DNA of 64,000 nucleotides from a virus (IMGVR_UViG_3300013132_000028:1-64000), one strand, 5' to 3'; counted from the first letter of the stretch, positions 27,632 to 42,442 are shown. Notes: generated by a model not told the origin, from the sequence alone. Program-made: numbers and translations.

Positions 27632-28513
27632 CTACTTTGTTTCTGGTTCTATGGCCGCAACTTTTGTGTTTTTTTCTATAGCAGAAATCATTGCGTTTGC
27701 ATACCACTTCTCGTTATCTGCAAGTCTGACCAGCACGCTTGGATTTATGGCTGTTTGCAGACAGAGAAGGGCGGACGACTCGACCTCTCTCCAGTTTCTA
27801 CCCTTGATCGCAGGAATGAGCTCCGGCTGATTTTTCGGCACCTCTAGTTTTTCTGCCTTCTCAAAGTGCTGTTCGTACAAGTGCAGTGACCCCACGTGGT
27901 GTGCGTACAAGCCCGGCTCGATGTCTAGCACTGAAGCAATAGCAAGTTGTACCCTAGTAAACTGAAACCAGTCGTACGCCGCGCCAAGCCAGGCGTCGTT
28001 TGATCGCATGTACACGCTCATGTTTAGCTTGCCGTCTCTAATCCGAAACTGATGTAGCACCGTGCATGGATAGTCCTTTTTTCCTTTTAGCAGGTCTAAA
28101 TTAGGATTCCACAGTGTAACTACAGCCTGCCTGGTGTCTTTGTCGGCAATTAAACGCTCGATTATGTAGTCGTACTGGCCTTTAGTTCTTACGCCGTACG
28201 GACCGTGGAACGTTTGATTTGGCTCCAAAAACTGCGCAAAGTTTGGACTGACTGCTACGGTCAGTGCCGGGTGTGTTACGCCAGCGAGCAGTTGGCACGC
28301 CTCTACCGCACCTATGCCGGGTACTGCACCGCGACCAGTTCCAATTGGAAGCGTGTTTTGTACGTTGTTAATGTAGACCACTGCGTCCTCTAGTTCTACG
28401 GTGTTCATTCCTCTTGGCGACGTCTTTTTTCCATTCTTTAGAACCCACTGAACCATCTCCGTGTAGCCGGCTATCCCGTCTTCTACCTCAATTGCATTTA
28501 TGCGAGAACCCAT
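27632..28513 (-). CDS. Thymidylate-synthase homolog, probably dCMP-specific (hydroxymethylase/hydroxylase type)
   Basis: DYPCT, MRSNDAWLGAAYD (Asp at the base-specificity position), HHVGSLHLY. Confidence 0.8.
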   Translation of the reverse strand: MGSRINAIEVEDGIAGYTEMVQWVLKNGKKTSPRGMNTVELEDAVVYINNVQNTLPIGTGRGAVPGIGAVEACQLLAGVTHPALTVAVSPNFAQFLEPNQTFHGPYGVRTKGQYDYIIERLIADKDTRQAVVTLWNPNLDLLKGKKDYPCTVLHQFRIRDGKLNMSVYMRSNDAWLGAAYDWFQFTRVQLAIASVLDIEPGLYAHHVGSLHLYEQHFEKAEKLEVPKNQPELIPAIKGRNWREVESSALLCLQTAINPSVLVRLADNEKWYANAMISAIEKNTKVAAIEPETK

Positions 28514-29532
28514 GATGTCTCCTTTGCCCAGTTGTCACTTCTGTTTGTTGGTGCTTCTCCGCGCGCCAGTGCAGAAATTGCTGCTCCGTATTCTTGCTGT
28601 TGTCTCGCGTAGAATCTTTTTACGTGTTGTGGGTGTGATGTTACGGCAATAAGTTCTATTCCTGCTTTTTTACATATTGCTTCGGCGTTTCTTCCCAGTG
28701 CTATCGCTGCCGGAGAGCCGAGTTTTACCCACGACAAGTGTAAAATCTCAGGCGAGAGCTCGCTGCCGTTTAGTATTCCAGCGGTAGGCCAAAAGCTGTC
28801 TTCTAAGGCACCTAGTAAAAAGTCGCCACTGTTTCCATCTACAGGTATAAACGGCAACATTGTTGCCTTTCCATACCACCTGTTTTGATTACGTTGATCG
28901 CCAATTAGTAGAGTTTTTGGTTTAGGTGCGCCAATGTAGAACGGCATGTCCGTTAGATGCTGCACAGAGTCCTCTTTTTGAACAGCCATGTCGACAATAA
29001 TGTCGGCAAGCGCGGTTAGTTCGTTCATATTGTTCGGACTCGGTTGTAGCTTCCCCGTAAATACTGCAGACTTGGCCGAAGTTTTTTCGTGCAAGTCGAT
29101 TAGTGCGCTCAACTCATTTGACTTTATGTAGTCATCGCCGCGGCTTTCTAGCCGTTTTGTAACTACGTCCAGCGGCTGGTACAGCCAAAACAATGCAGCG
29201 CCACGGGACATCAGGAACATTTCTGTCCATCTCCATCCCGCCGCGCCTAAAAGACCGTACCCGTCGCTGTCGCTGTCTGGTCGTTTTAGCGGAGCGTACG
29301 TGGCTTCTCCCCAGTGCCAGCGGTCCGCTATTATTAACGAGTCAGGATGCGCGATATTTTCTACAGACAGCACGTAGTCTTTTAGCGCCCACCGTCTGGT
29401 AAGCTCTTCTGGTTTACTTTTGTGAAAGACATGCACTGGATTTCCGGTGTCGAAGCTGCACACAAGTAGTTTTATTTCTTCTACTAGCGTGCTTTTTCCA
29501 GAGGCGTCCGTGCCTTCAATTATGATAAACAA
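28498..29532 (-). CDS. dNMP (thymidylate-like) kinase fused to a uracil-DNA-glycosylase-like domain
   Basis: N-terminal EGTDASGKST and DRWH; C-terminal LLIGDQ...PF...SGDFLLGAL...ALGRNA...HPQ. Confidence 0.7.
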   Translation of the reverse strand: MFIIIEGTDASGKSTLVEEIKLLVCSFDTGNPVHVFHKSKPEELTRRWALKDYVLSVENIAHPDSLIIADRWHWGEATYAPLKRPDSDSDGYGLLGAAGWRWTEMFLMSRGAALFWLYQPLDVVTKRLESRGDDYIKSNELSALIDLHEKTSAKSAVFTGKLQPSPNNMNELTALADIIVDMAVQKEDSVQHLTDMPFYIGAPKPKTLLIGDQRNQNRWYGKATMLPFIPVDGNSGDFLLGALEDSFWPTAGILNGSELSPEILHLSWVKLGSPAAIALGRNAEAICKKAGIELIAVTSHPQHVKRFYARQQQEYGAAISALARGEAPTNRSDNWAKETSWVLA

Positions 29533-29627
29533 TTTTTATCCTTTGTCCTATGTCTTTTTAGTCGTCGCTCTTACTGTCATTATAGGCCTGTATAGGCCCA
29601 AAAGTACACAACTGTCCTCTCCGACAG

Positions 29628-30122
29628 CTATGGAATTATTTCTACCCGATACATTTTTTCTATCTTCTGGTCGGCATCCGCGGCCTGCTCCAGCAGGCGC
29701 TGGGCTACGTTTGTGAGGTACCTGGCACCGCCTTGGTCGTACTTGTACAGCGCTTCTAGGACTGCCTGCGGGTCCTCACTAACCTGTGCCCAGTAACGGT
29801 ACTTTTCTGGAAACACCAGGTCTATGCTGTCGTCTGGTTGACAAGCTACGGGGCAGCTGTCTCTCTGGTCACCGCAGAGCACCGCGGCCGAGTCAAGCTC
29901 ACTGCGACTAGCCTCGTTTAGAGAGTACCTGGCAACCAGCGGGCACGTTGCGCCGTGGTACACGATTGAAACGCCTACCCTCGACAGGACGTACGAGCCG
30001 TTGTCAGTTTTGTACAGCTTAAACTCTATCCAGCGGTACGAGCCACGGCGCCACGAAGAGGACTCTGCCAGTAGCTTACCGTTAAACTGTAGCGTTCTGG
30101 TGCCGTCTTTTATCTCAAACAT
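29628..30122 (-). CDS. Hypothetical phage protein
   Basis: LQFNGKLLAESSS...RWIEFKLYKT; GAGG RBS. Confidence 0.6.
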   Translation of the reverse strand: MFEIKDGTRTLQFNGKLLAESSSWRRGSYRWIEFKLYKTDNGSYVLSRVGVSIVYHGATCPLVARYSLNEASRSELDSAAVLCGDQRDSCPVACQPDDSIDLVFPEKYRYWAQVSEDPQAVLEALYKYDQGGARYLTNVAQRLLEQAADADQKIEKMYRVEIIP

Positions 30123-30158
30123 GCGGTCGTTGCCTCGTTGTCTCTGTGTTGTACCGGG

Positions 30159-30368
30159 TTATTGTTGGCTAGGTTGTTCTGTTTGCGGCGCTCTCGGCTC
30201 GAAGTTTCCCGAGCGCAGGTTTGCCACTTTTTCTTTTTCTAAGATGAGCATGCCTTCCAGCTCGGTGCATAGCGCCATTGACCTGCCAAGCTGGTCTCTG
30301 GTTATACGAACTACCTGCTGTAGTAAAGCTATCTGCTCGGCCTGTTCCTGCAGCTTTTCCTCTGACAT
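30159..30368 (-). CDS. Small coiled-coil protein
   Basis: TGATG overlap; heptad pattern. Confidence 0.55.
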   Translation of the reverse strand: MSEEKLQEQAEQIALLQQVVRITRDQLGRSMALCTELEGMLILEKEKVANLRSGNFEPRAPQTEQPSQQ

Positions 30369-30598
30369 CAGTCTTCTGCCGGCAATAAGGCAGTTCTACT
30401 GGCAGTGAGTGCTGCTATCTGCCGGTCTTTTTCTGCAATCTGATTTGTTAGCTCTAGCAGAGTAGTAGCGTCAGGAGTACTCTTTGCCTGTTCGGCAATT
30501 TTTGCAATTTCGTTAGTATATTTGCTGTACTCAATCGTACGAATCTGAGACTCTACTATTGCAATTTTTTCAGAGTTGTCTATGAACGTATAGGGCAT
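30368..30598 (-). CDS. Small coiled-coil protein
   Basis: Helical heptads; operon packing. Confidence 0.6.
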   Translation of the reverse strand: MPYTFIDNSEKIAIVESQIRTIEYSKYTNEIAKIAEQAKSTPDATTLLELTNQIAEKDRQIAALTASRTALLPAED

Positions 30599-30603
30599 GT
30601 TGT

Positions 30604-30771
30604 CTACATTCTCCTCTCGGTTATCATTGTTTTTACTTCTTCCAGCTTAGCTTTAAGCGCTAGTACCTGTGCGTATTCTAGCCCTGGCTCCCCCAGCGCC
30701 ATTCGAACTGGGCGTAGCAGCTGGTCGTCGTCTAAGTACTTATACACGTACGCACTGTCATTTTTACTCAT
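30604..30771 (-). CDS. Small hypothetical protein, 55 aa (not in ORF track)
   Basis: TAATG overlap with upstream stop; MSKNDSAYVYKYLDDDQLL...; fills the gap exactly. Confidence 0.55.
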   Translation of the reverse strand: MSKNDSAYVYKYLDDDQLLRPVRMALGEPGLEYAQVLALKAKLEEVKTMITERRM

Positions 30772-31334
30772 TACATCTTTCCTGTCTTCTCTCTTGCTCT
30801 TATGGTTTCTAAGTAACTAGGCCCGTGTGTATAGTACCAATGATCTGGCTCTACGAAGTGGAAAAAGACCATGGCTACCTGGTTGGTGGCCGGCGAAGGA
30901 AAAGCCTCTCGCCAGTGCCACTGGTCGTTGCCAAAGTACGCAAGCGACTGGTTTGGTCTAAGCATGTAGGGTCGGTCTGCTACCCAGAGAGCCCAGGGTT
31001 CATTTTGATACACGCACATGTCTATTGTGTACGTGCAAGCGTTGTTATCTCTGTGTCTAAATAAGTTTGCTTTCTCCGTTTCATAGTGCGCAAACAGCGC
31101 ATAGGAAGGTAGAAGAGTGTCGCTGTCAAAAGTTTCTCTGGCTAGCGGTAGTACTGACTCAAATGCCTGTTTGAGGAGTGGCTCAGCCTCTGCCGATATA
31201 CAAAAGCGTCCAAATCCTGGGTCCCAGTGCATCGAGCCGGTACCGCGTTTTTTGAGTACGTCAACTAAACTTTTGTGCATGCCCAAGTCTAGTGTTTCTT
31301 CGATTATCACCGGGTCCGGTCTACGTCTGCCCAC
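30771..31334 (-). CDS. 2OG-Fe(II) oxygenase-like protein
   Basis: LFRHRD (HxD)...HWRE...VFFHFV; start probably GTG 31334 overlapping the upstream TAG. Confidence 0.7.
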   Translation of the reverse strand: MGRRRPDPVIIEETLDLGMHKSLVDVLKKRGTGSMHWDPGFGRFCISAEAEPLLKQAFESVLPLARETFDSDTLLPSYALFAHYETEKANLFRHRDNNACTYTIDMCVYQNEPWALWVADRPYMLRPNQSLAYFGNDQWHWREAFPSPATNQVAMVFFHFVEPDHWYYTHGPSYLETIRAREKTGKM

Positions 31335-31972
31335 TAGTGAAACCATCCAACTACGCAGTATCGCATGCCATTCGTGACAGGCCACACTTTGTGCGTGTAG
31401 ACATACGTTGATGGAAAGAACACGGCCTGGTTTGCCTGAGGTTTTATTTTTAGATTGAACTGGTCAAACTCTATCTCGCCGCCTTCAAAATCTGAGTTTA
31501 GATAAAAACTCATGGACACACGGCGCGCAAACATTTTAGACGCATCGGCGTGTCTGTCAAAGTGCTGCCCTAGGCCGTATTTTAGAAGCTGCCAGCCCTC
31601 GTTATCGAGCTGGCCGCCTACTGAAAACCGCCTAGAGTAGTCGTCTAACACCGGTAGTAAGTTCGTATCTAGCAAGTTGCTTATTACTGCGAGCACACCG
31701 CCTGTGGCTTTTAGTTCTGGTGTTTTTGCAAAGGGCGGTAAAGATACGGTTTCGACATCGCGAATAGACCTAGTGAGCGTGCCGGTCCTGTCAAGATGAC
31801 CACTGCCCTGCTGACCTGGTACCCACGTTAGTTGACGCATCTCTGTAAGACCTTCCAGGTCGCGTATCAGTCCCGCCGGGTCTTGCATAACGTCAGAGTA
31901 GCTGACTATGCCTGGAGCTAGCACTGTTCCTTGCACCTGTCTAGGGGTTGCGTCTAGCGCCGTTGTAATCAT
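31334..31972 (-). CDS. Prolyl-4-hydroxylase-like 2OG-Fe(II) oxygenase
   Basis: LLKY...HAD...SFYLNSDFEGGE...FPSxYxxxHxVxPVxxGxRY. Confidence 0.85.
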   Translation of the reverse strand: MITTALDATPRQVQGTVLAPGIVSYSDVMQDPAGLIRDLEGLTEMRQLTWVPGQQGSGHLDRTGTLTRSIRDVETVSLPPFAKTPELKATGGVLAVISNLLDTNLLPVLDDYSRRFSVGGQLDNEGWQLLKYGLGQHFDRHADASKMFARRVSMSFYLNSDFEGGEIEFDQFNLKIKPQANQAVFFPSTYVYTHKVWPVTNGMRYCVVGWFH

Positions 31973-32382
31973 TGTTGCACTCCGTTCTGTGGTGACGCTG
32001 CTTGTGGATTAAAGTAAAAAACACCGTTATCGTAGAAGTCGCCAATTTCTGGAAGCCAAGGCTGGTCGGTCACATCTACAATTGTGGGACTGCTCTGCAG
32101 GGCTGCAGAAAGTCGCTCTGTTGCCATGAGAGCCTCTACCACGGCTCCATCTATGACTATGACTACAAAACGCTGTCCTGGTATTGTCGGTGGCTTGTGT
32201 CTATCTCGTGGTAGGCCTAGCGTCGGCGGCTGCTGCGCGACTGTAGCTGTTGTTGCGCCGACCTGCGGCATGTTAAGCGGCAGTGGCGCAGGTTTCCCTT
32301 CCGCGGCTGCTTTTCTCGCGAGAGCTGCTTGCAACTCTGCAGAATCAAGCACAGAAAAACCGTTGTTGTTTGTATTATTCAT
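31969..32382 (-). CDS. Hypothetical fibre-associated protein
   Basis: ATGA overlaps; C-terminal IGDFYDNGVF motif. Confidence 0.55.
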   Translation of the reverse strand: MNNTNNNGFSVLDSAELQAALARKAAAEGKPAPLPLNMPQVGATTATVAQQPPTLGLPRDRHKPPTIPGQRFVVIVIDGAVVEALMATERLSAALQSSPTIVDVTDQPWLPEIGDFYDNGVFYFNPQAASPQNGVQQ

Positions 32383-32654
32383 GACTGCACCTGAGGATTG
32401 TTGTTTCCGTAGTCGCTAACGTTTACGGCTAGCCACTTGGGTGGGTCTAACGGACACTGGGCGTGCGGCAACTTTGTTTTGGCCGGCATAAAGCAACCAC
32501 ACTTGGTGCACTGCTTAGTCAGGCCAATAAAGTGTGGACAACCTTTGCAGATTTCCATTCGATCGACTTGTAGTTGTTCTTCTACACGTCCATACTTGCT
32601 CATGAACAAATCCCACGGTCTAGCGGGCTTTGGCTTGAATGCGTCCTCAGTCAT
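32379..32654 (-). CDS. Small Cys-rich protein (DUF6171-like)
   Basis: RMEICKGCP...QCTKCGCFM...CPLDPPKW; GGGAG RBS. Confidence 0.7.
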   Translation of the reverse strand: MTEDAFKPKPARPWDLFMSKYGRVEEQLQVDRMEICKGCPHFIGLTKQCTKCGCFMPAKTKLPHAQCPLDPPKWLAVNVSDYGNNNPQVQS

Positions 32655-32710
32655 TTAGTCTCCCTGTCTTTTTAGTGTACGTCGTAGTGGTAATACCATA
32701 TCGCACAGCA

Positions 32711-37909
<5,199 letters not shown>

Positions 37910-37960
37910 GTTGCTAAGTGTACCAGAGAGTAGTCGTCAGTGCGTCCATGAAGCGCGGCC

Positions 37961-39430
37961 TCAGTTGCTAAACCAGATTAAAATGTCTCCCGCCCTGGCG
38001 GAGCCAGGGTAGCTGTTGGAGTTGTTGTAGAAGATTCTGTTGTTCAACGTGCCGGGAGAGGAGCCGTTGAAGTAGCCGGCCGTGCCGGTGCCGCCGCCGC
38101 CGTTTACCAGCACTACGTTGCTGCTTTCATTGTCGTATCCGAGTGCGAAGTACCGCGCGGTATCTACTTCTTTTATGGATTCTGGGTTCATGTCATTAGT
38201 TATTATTTTCATCACGCCTGCTGCCAGTATTAGCACGCCCGCCTGTTCTTCCGGGTCCTCCGATTGCGAAGAACCAGACGCCGATATGTAGGTCTGGTCG
38301 CCTAGGAGATCGATCTGCGGTGAAAATATAGTGGCGTACCTGCTGCTTCCATACTTAGTTGTTGCTATGTAGTTCTGTGCTGCGTAGTCGTCGCCAGCGT
38401 CATCCGAGTACATGTAGGCTCCGTCATTCTCGGCAAGAATCACTCTAGGGCCAGCCAGGCCTGTGCCAGACTGTAGACGGATTACTGGAAGGTTTCCGCC
38501 AGAAGGATTCTCAGACTCTCCTACAGTTTCCGTGGTCTGCTCCAGCGCGCCGACGAAGGTTCCATTTCGATAAAAGTTTACCTTGTCATTTGTGGCTAGC
38601 TCAATGCGGGTGCCGCCGGCGGAGGTCCTTATCGTCTTACCGGTAATGGTGTTGCCCGTGATGTTCTCGGCCTGCACGCTGTCCGCGATGATCGAGCGGC
38701 CGGCGATGACGTCCGCGCCCATCTGGCCGGCGAGAATCTTGTCTGCCGCCACTGTGCCGGCGTACACCACTCCGGCGGCCAGGGTGCCCGCGGTGATCTT
38801 TCCGGCGTTCAGTCCCGCGATCGCGCCGTCGCCGAAGGTCGCCGGGACCCACTGCGGCACCTTGACCGTGCCGCCCGACGGGATGAAGTCCGGGTCCCAC
38901 TTGTACGGCTTGTTGCCGTCGTCCGTGTCGAACCAGAGGTCGCTCTTTCGCAGGCTGTAGGAGACGGTGCCCGGGCCGCCTGGGTTTGGCACCGTGGACG
39001 GATTGCCAGGCGCGCTGTTTTGGTAGAAGACGCGGTTTGAGTTGTTCGCGGCGACACTCGCGGCGTTGGCAGCGACCAGCGCAGCCTGCCCGGCCTCGTT
39101 GACCAGTGGCTTCCAGGCGTCAAACGGCGTGCTGTCTTCTTCGCTGGGCGCGTATACTTTTTCCTCGTACTGCCCGTCTGAGTTTGCCTTGAGCCAGGTG
39201 TCTCCCTCGTTTACGTCGCTCGGGTCTGGAGCGTCGTCGCTGATTATGGTACCGGACGCAGATACGGTGTCTCTTATGTCGGCGGCGTCGTCTGGGTCGA
39301 GCAGCGCCGCCGTGATGTACCTCGGCGCGATTCTCTTTACGGACGGCCTGCGCTCTATGTCTCGTAGGCGTGAGTCGACCGCGGTCAGCAGCGCGCCTAG
39401 GTTTGCTCTGCGAGTTCTTCTAATCGCCAA
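37961..39430 (-). CDS. Minor tail protein / central fibre
   Basis: Follows the hub gene; ISDDAP...GDTW, AGKITAGT repeats, IRTSAGGTRIE. Confidence 0.7.
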   Translation of the reverse strand: MAIRRTRRANLGALLTAVDSRLRDIERRPSVKRIAPRYITAALLDPDDAADIRDTVSASGTIISDDAPDPSDVNEGDTWLKANSDGQYEEKVYAPSEEDSTPFDAWKPLVNEAGQAALVAANAASVAANNSNRVFYQNSAPGNPSTVPNPGGPGTVSYSLRKSDLWFDTDDGNKPYKWDPDFIPSGGTVKVPQWVPATFGDGAIAGLNAGKITAGTLAAGVVYAGTVAADKILAGQMGADVIAGRSIIADSVQAENITGNTITGKTIRTSAGGTRIELATNDKVNFYRNGTFVGALEQTTETVGESENPSGGNLPVIRLQSGTGLAGPRVILAENDGAYMYSDDAGDDYAAQNYIATTKYGSSRYATIFSPQIDLLGDQTYISASGSSQSEDPEEQAGVLILAAGVMKIITNDMNPESIKEVDTARYFALGYDNESSNVVLVNGGGGTGTAGYFNGSSPGTLNNRIFYNNSNSYPGSARAGDILIWFSN

Positions 39431-41450
39431 CTCTGTCCACCGCCCCTTCTACTTCTAGCTGTAGGTCTACTTTTTCTGGAAAGTTGGTTCCGTCTGGTAC
39501 GGTTACTTTTACTTTTTGTATTTTGCGCACCAGTACTGTGTCTCTGGGCTCCAGGTCGCTTGCCAGACGCATGAGCACAAAGTCGTCGTCTATGATTATG
39601 GTGCACCAGTCTCCGGGTGCGTAGCTGCCGACCACTGGTGTCACCGAGCCGTTTACCTCTATCTTAATGTTAGAGATCGGTGGTCTGGACTCTTCTAAAA
39701 AGGTCTGGGCGTACGTGGCCAGAGTTCCTTCGTCTCCGGTGTCGTTTAGGCTCTCCACCTCTTCTAGCAGCGGCCACCCCGCGTTGAGTAGGTCGTAGGC
39801 AGACGCGGCCGAGTACGGCTGGCTTACGTCGCCGCCTAGGTCGCCTATGTTGCCCTTTACCCACATTCTAGTCGCGGCTCCTTCCGCGGTCTCGTCCATG
39901 CTCACGCTGGTGATGTTGCCAGGCCACTCGAATATGAACTCGTCTGAGATCAGACGAATTGGGTCGTCCGTCTCCATCTCTGCCGTCGTCAGCGTGCTCA
40001 GTATGTTTATCGGTCTTAGGACCAGCGTTTTCTTAAAAGTTTTTGTGGTGGCGTCGTAGCTGCAGTCAATTCTGTACTCAAAGCCGTCAATTTGATTGGA
40101 GTATTTTTCCAGCTCTTCTCCCAGCATACGTACCTCGAAGCCTCTAAAATTTGTGTTTGCCACTCTGCTTCCGCTGTATGCCTCCGTCGAAAACTCTATG
40201 CCCACGTCGGTGTTTGACAAAAATGGTCCGTATGAGTCGTAGATGAGCCTCGGCCTGGTGGACGCGGTGGCGAGCGTCGGCGTGGTGCTGAGTTTAAGCT
40301 CTGGAATGGTGTCAATCACGTACCTAAAGGTCGTTGCGTTTGGTACGCCGTCTACCACGTACTTTCCGTCAAGGTCAACCTGCGTAGTCGTGTTGCCAGG
40401 CGAGGCACCGGTGACGCCGCCAGCGCCGGCAATAGTTACTACGTGACCCGGCTGCAGGCCGTGCGGTGCGGACGTAGTCATAGTTACGTAGGTCAGAGCC
40501 AGTGCCTTAGTGGCTATCGGTATTACTCTTTCGGTTGTGGTCGTGTTTGGCACAGCCGCTCCAGCTTTTACAAAAGTAATACTTTGCGGTGTTGGGATGC
40601 TTGTTACGTTGTAGTAACCGTCTAGCTCCGCTATTCCAGAGACTTCTACGGTCTGTCCAGGTATAACACCGTGCCTGGTCGTGGTTGTGACTGTCGCGGT
40701 TGCTGTAGTCTTGGAGTAGCTCGCTATGTCTACGTCGAACTGTTGGCCAGGCTCTATCTCGTCGTTTGGAAACGAGGTTGACTGCAGGTCGCTGAGAACG
40801 GCCTGGACCAGAGTTCTGGTGTAGTCGTACGTGTCTGCTCGTACGTACACCGTGAGGTCCGGGTCGGTCAAGCTCACGCCTGCAAGGAGTGGTACGTCTA
40901 CGGTAAAGCTGGTAGTGGTCGGCGCGGGCGACGAGTTTATTGTGTAGTAGCCACTGGCCTTGACGGTGTTTACTGGGTTTAGCTGCCCAAAAAATATGCG
41001 CACGGAGGACCCTGCCTGAAAGCCTGATGGGTACGTCATGGCATTTTTCAGCGTCACTGTCGCTACTCCGCCTGAGATTTGCGCAGAGGCGCTGAAGTCG
41101 TGCGTCCAGGTTTTCCAGATGGCCCTGTGCTGTAGGTACTTGGTGAACTCTACGGCGGTCACTGCCAGGCTGAAGTCGGCCGCTTTGTACGACCTGCTCC
41201 AGACTATTCCGCCCCAGACGCAGTCGTCGTTGCGCATGACGTACAGGCCGCAGCGCCCTGGCATGGTGTTCTCGTACAGGTCCAGACCGTTGGTGGTTTG
41301 TATGGCGGGAATGGTTCCCGTAAAAGTGCCAGCAGTGCGTATGGCGCGTTCAAAACTTACGCCCTTGAAGGGAATCTCGGCGAGTACGTCCTGCGTCAAG
41401 AGGTCAGTGGTGAAGTACCGGTAGCTTGGCTTAGAGTTGTCTACTGGCAT
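39420..41450 (-). CDS. Minor tail protein (baseplate hub, Tal-like) with inserted beta domains
   Basis: WGGIVW motif, position after Dit, inserted 'TTxxxHG' domains. Confidence 0.75.
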   Translation of the reverse strand: MPVDNSKPSYRYFTTDLLTQDVLAEIPFKGVSFERAIRTAGTFTGTIPAIQTTNGLDLYENTMPGRCGLYVMRNDDCVWGGIVWSRSYKAADFSLAVTAVEFTKYLQHRAIWKTWTHDFSASAQISGGVATVTLKNAMTYPSGFQAGSSVRIFFGQLNPVNTVKASGYYTINSSPAPTTTSFTVDVPLLAGVSLTDPDLTVYVRADTYDYTRTLVQAVLSDLQSTSFPNDEIEPGQQFDVDIASYSKTTATATVTTTTRHGVIPGQTVEVSGIAELDGYYNVTSIPTPQSITFVKAGAAVPNTTTTERVIPIATKALALTYVTMTTSAPHGLQPGHVVTIAGAGGVTGASPGNTTTQVDLDGKYVVDGVPNATTFRYVIDTIPELKLSTTPTLATASTRPRLIYDSYGPFLSNTDVGIEFSTEAYSGSRVANTNFRGFEVRMLGEELEKYSNQIDGFEYRIDCSYDATTKTFKKTLVLRPINILSTLTTAEMETDDPIRLISDEFIFEWPGNITSVSMDETAEGAATRMWVKGNIGDLGGDVSQPYSAASAYDLLNAGWPLLEEVESLNDTGDEGTLATYAQTFLEESRPPISNIKIEVNGSVTPVVGSYAPGDWCTIIIDDDFVLMRLASDLEPRDTVLVRKIQKVKVTVPDGTNFPEKVDLQLEVEGAVDRVGD

Positions 41451-41499
41451 TGGTCTGTCCCCTTCTCTCTAGTGTGTGTCGGTCGTCTTGCCCGTGCGT

Positions 41500-42441
41500 T
41501 TAACCCAGCCAGCCAGACCGATAGTAGATACCCAGTTTGGCTGTGCTCGCAGAGTTGTTTGTCTCGTACACTTTTATCACGTTTGTACCCGGCACGAGCA
41601 TAATCCAGTCCACCAGAGCGTCTAAGTACGAGCGCGCACCGTTAGTGTCGTAGAAGGACTCGTCGCTCACCTTGCTCAGCGCGGCCTCGTGGTCTCTGGT
41701 GTCTAGCTCGAGTATGTTGTCGGACGTCAGTGCCTTCCTGGTTGTGATCTGTTGCTCGAGAGGATGGCTGCTGTTTATTATTACTACAGAGTTTGTGGTT
41801 GGCCCGCTCAGCTGTAGTATGCAGGGTACCTCTGCGTTTCCAGTGTTGTTTATGGTTATCGTCGCCGGACTAGCAGGCGTGCCGCCAAGCAGCGGTGTCT
41901 CGTCGTAGCGGTAGCCGTCGATGTCTAGGTCGTACCATTCGTACTTGACGGGGTCTGCCGCTCGCAGACCGACGTCAAACTCTGTTCGTCCTCTGGCGTT
42001 TACCGTTTTAATGTTTGGAGCTCCGCTTAGTCGTACGTACGAGGCTTTTGTCGGTCCCTCTTCCGTCTTTAACCAAGCTCCGGTGTAGACTAAGTTAGTC
42101 GCGCTGATTAGCATGTCTCTGGCGTACGCCACCTGAGACGGGTTTTGTGGTAGAAAAGCGCCCTTCAGTGTTATTTGTCTGGCCTTGTACCGTCCAAATA
42201 CTTCGTACGAGCCGTCTGCGTAGCCTCTGTCCAGGTCGGGAACGTCGGTGTCTGGGTGCGACCACCAGCCTTCTATGTCGGTGACAACCCAGATCACTCC
42301 GTTGTCGTCTATGGTGTTCAGTTTGAGGTCGCCTAGACGTATGTCTCCGTCCAGCTTCATGCCCGTTTTTATCGGCGGTGATACAGGCGAGAGCGCGTTG
42401 TTTACTAGGTAGTTTTCTTCTTTTTGGCTACGCGTGGTCAT
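41500..42441 (-). CDS. Distal tail protein (Dit-like)
   Basis: IEGWW, ARQITLKG, AADPVKY, NTGN, LVPGTN, YRSGW; follows the tape measure gene. Confidence 0.8.
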   Translation of the reverse strand: MTTRSQKEENYLVNNALSPVSPPIKTGMKLDGDIRLGDLKLNTIDDNGVIWVVTDIEGWWSHPDTDVPDLDRGYADGSYEVFGRYKARQITLKGAFLPQNPSQVAYARDMLISATNLVYTGAWLKTEEGPTKASYVRLSGAPNIKTVNARGRTEFDVGLRAADPVKYEWYDLDIDGYRYDETPLLGGTPASPATITINNTGNAEVPCILQLSGPTTNSVVIINSSHPLEQQITTRKALTSDNILELDTRDHEAALSKVSDESFYDTNGARSYLDALVDWIMLVPGTNVIKVYETNNSASTAKLGIYYRSGWLG

Positions 42442-42442
42442 T

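Noticed and set aside
27632-28513. Ordinary ThyA
   Set aside because: Asp replaces the conserved Asn at the specificity position.
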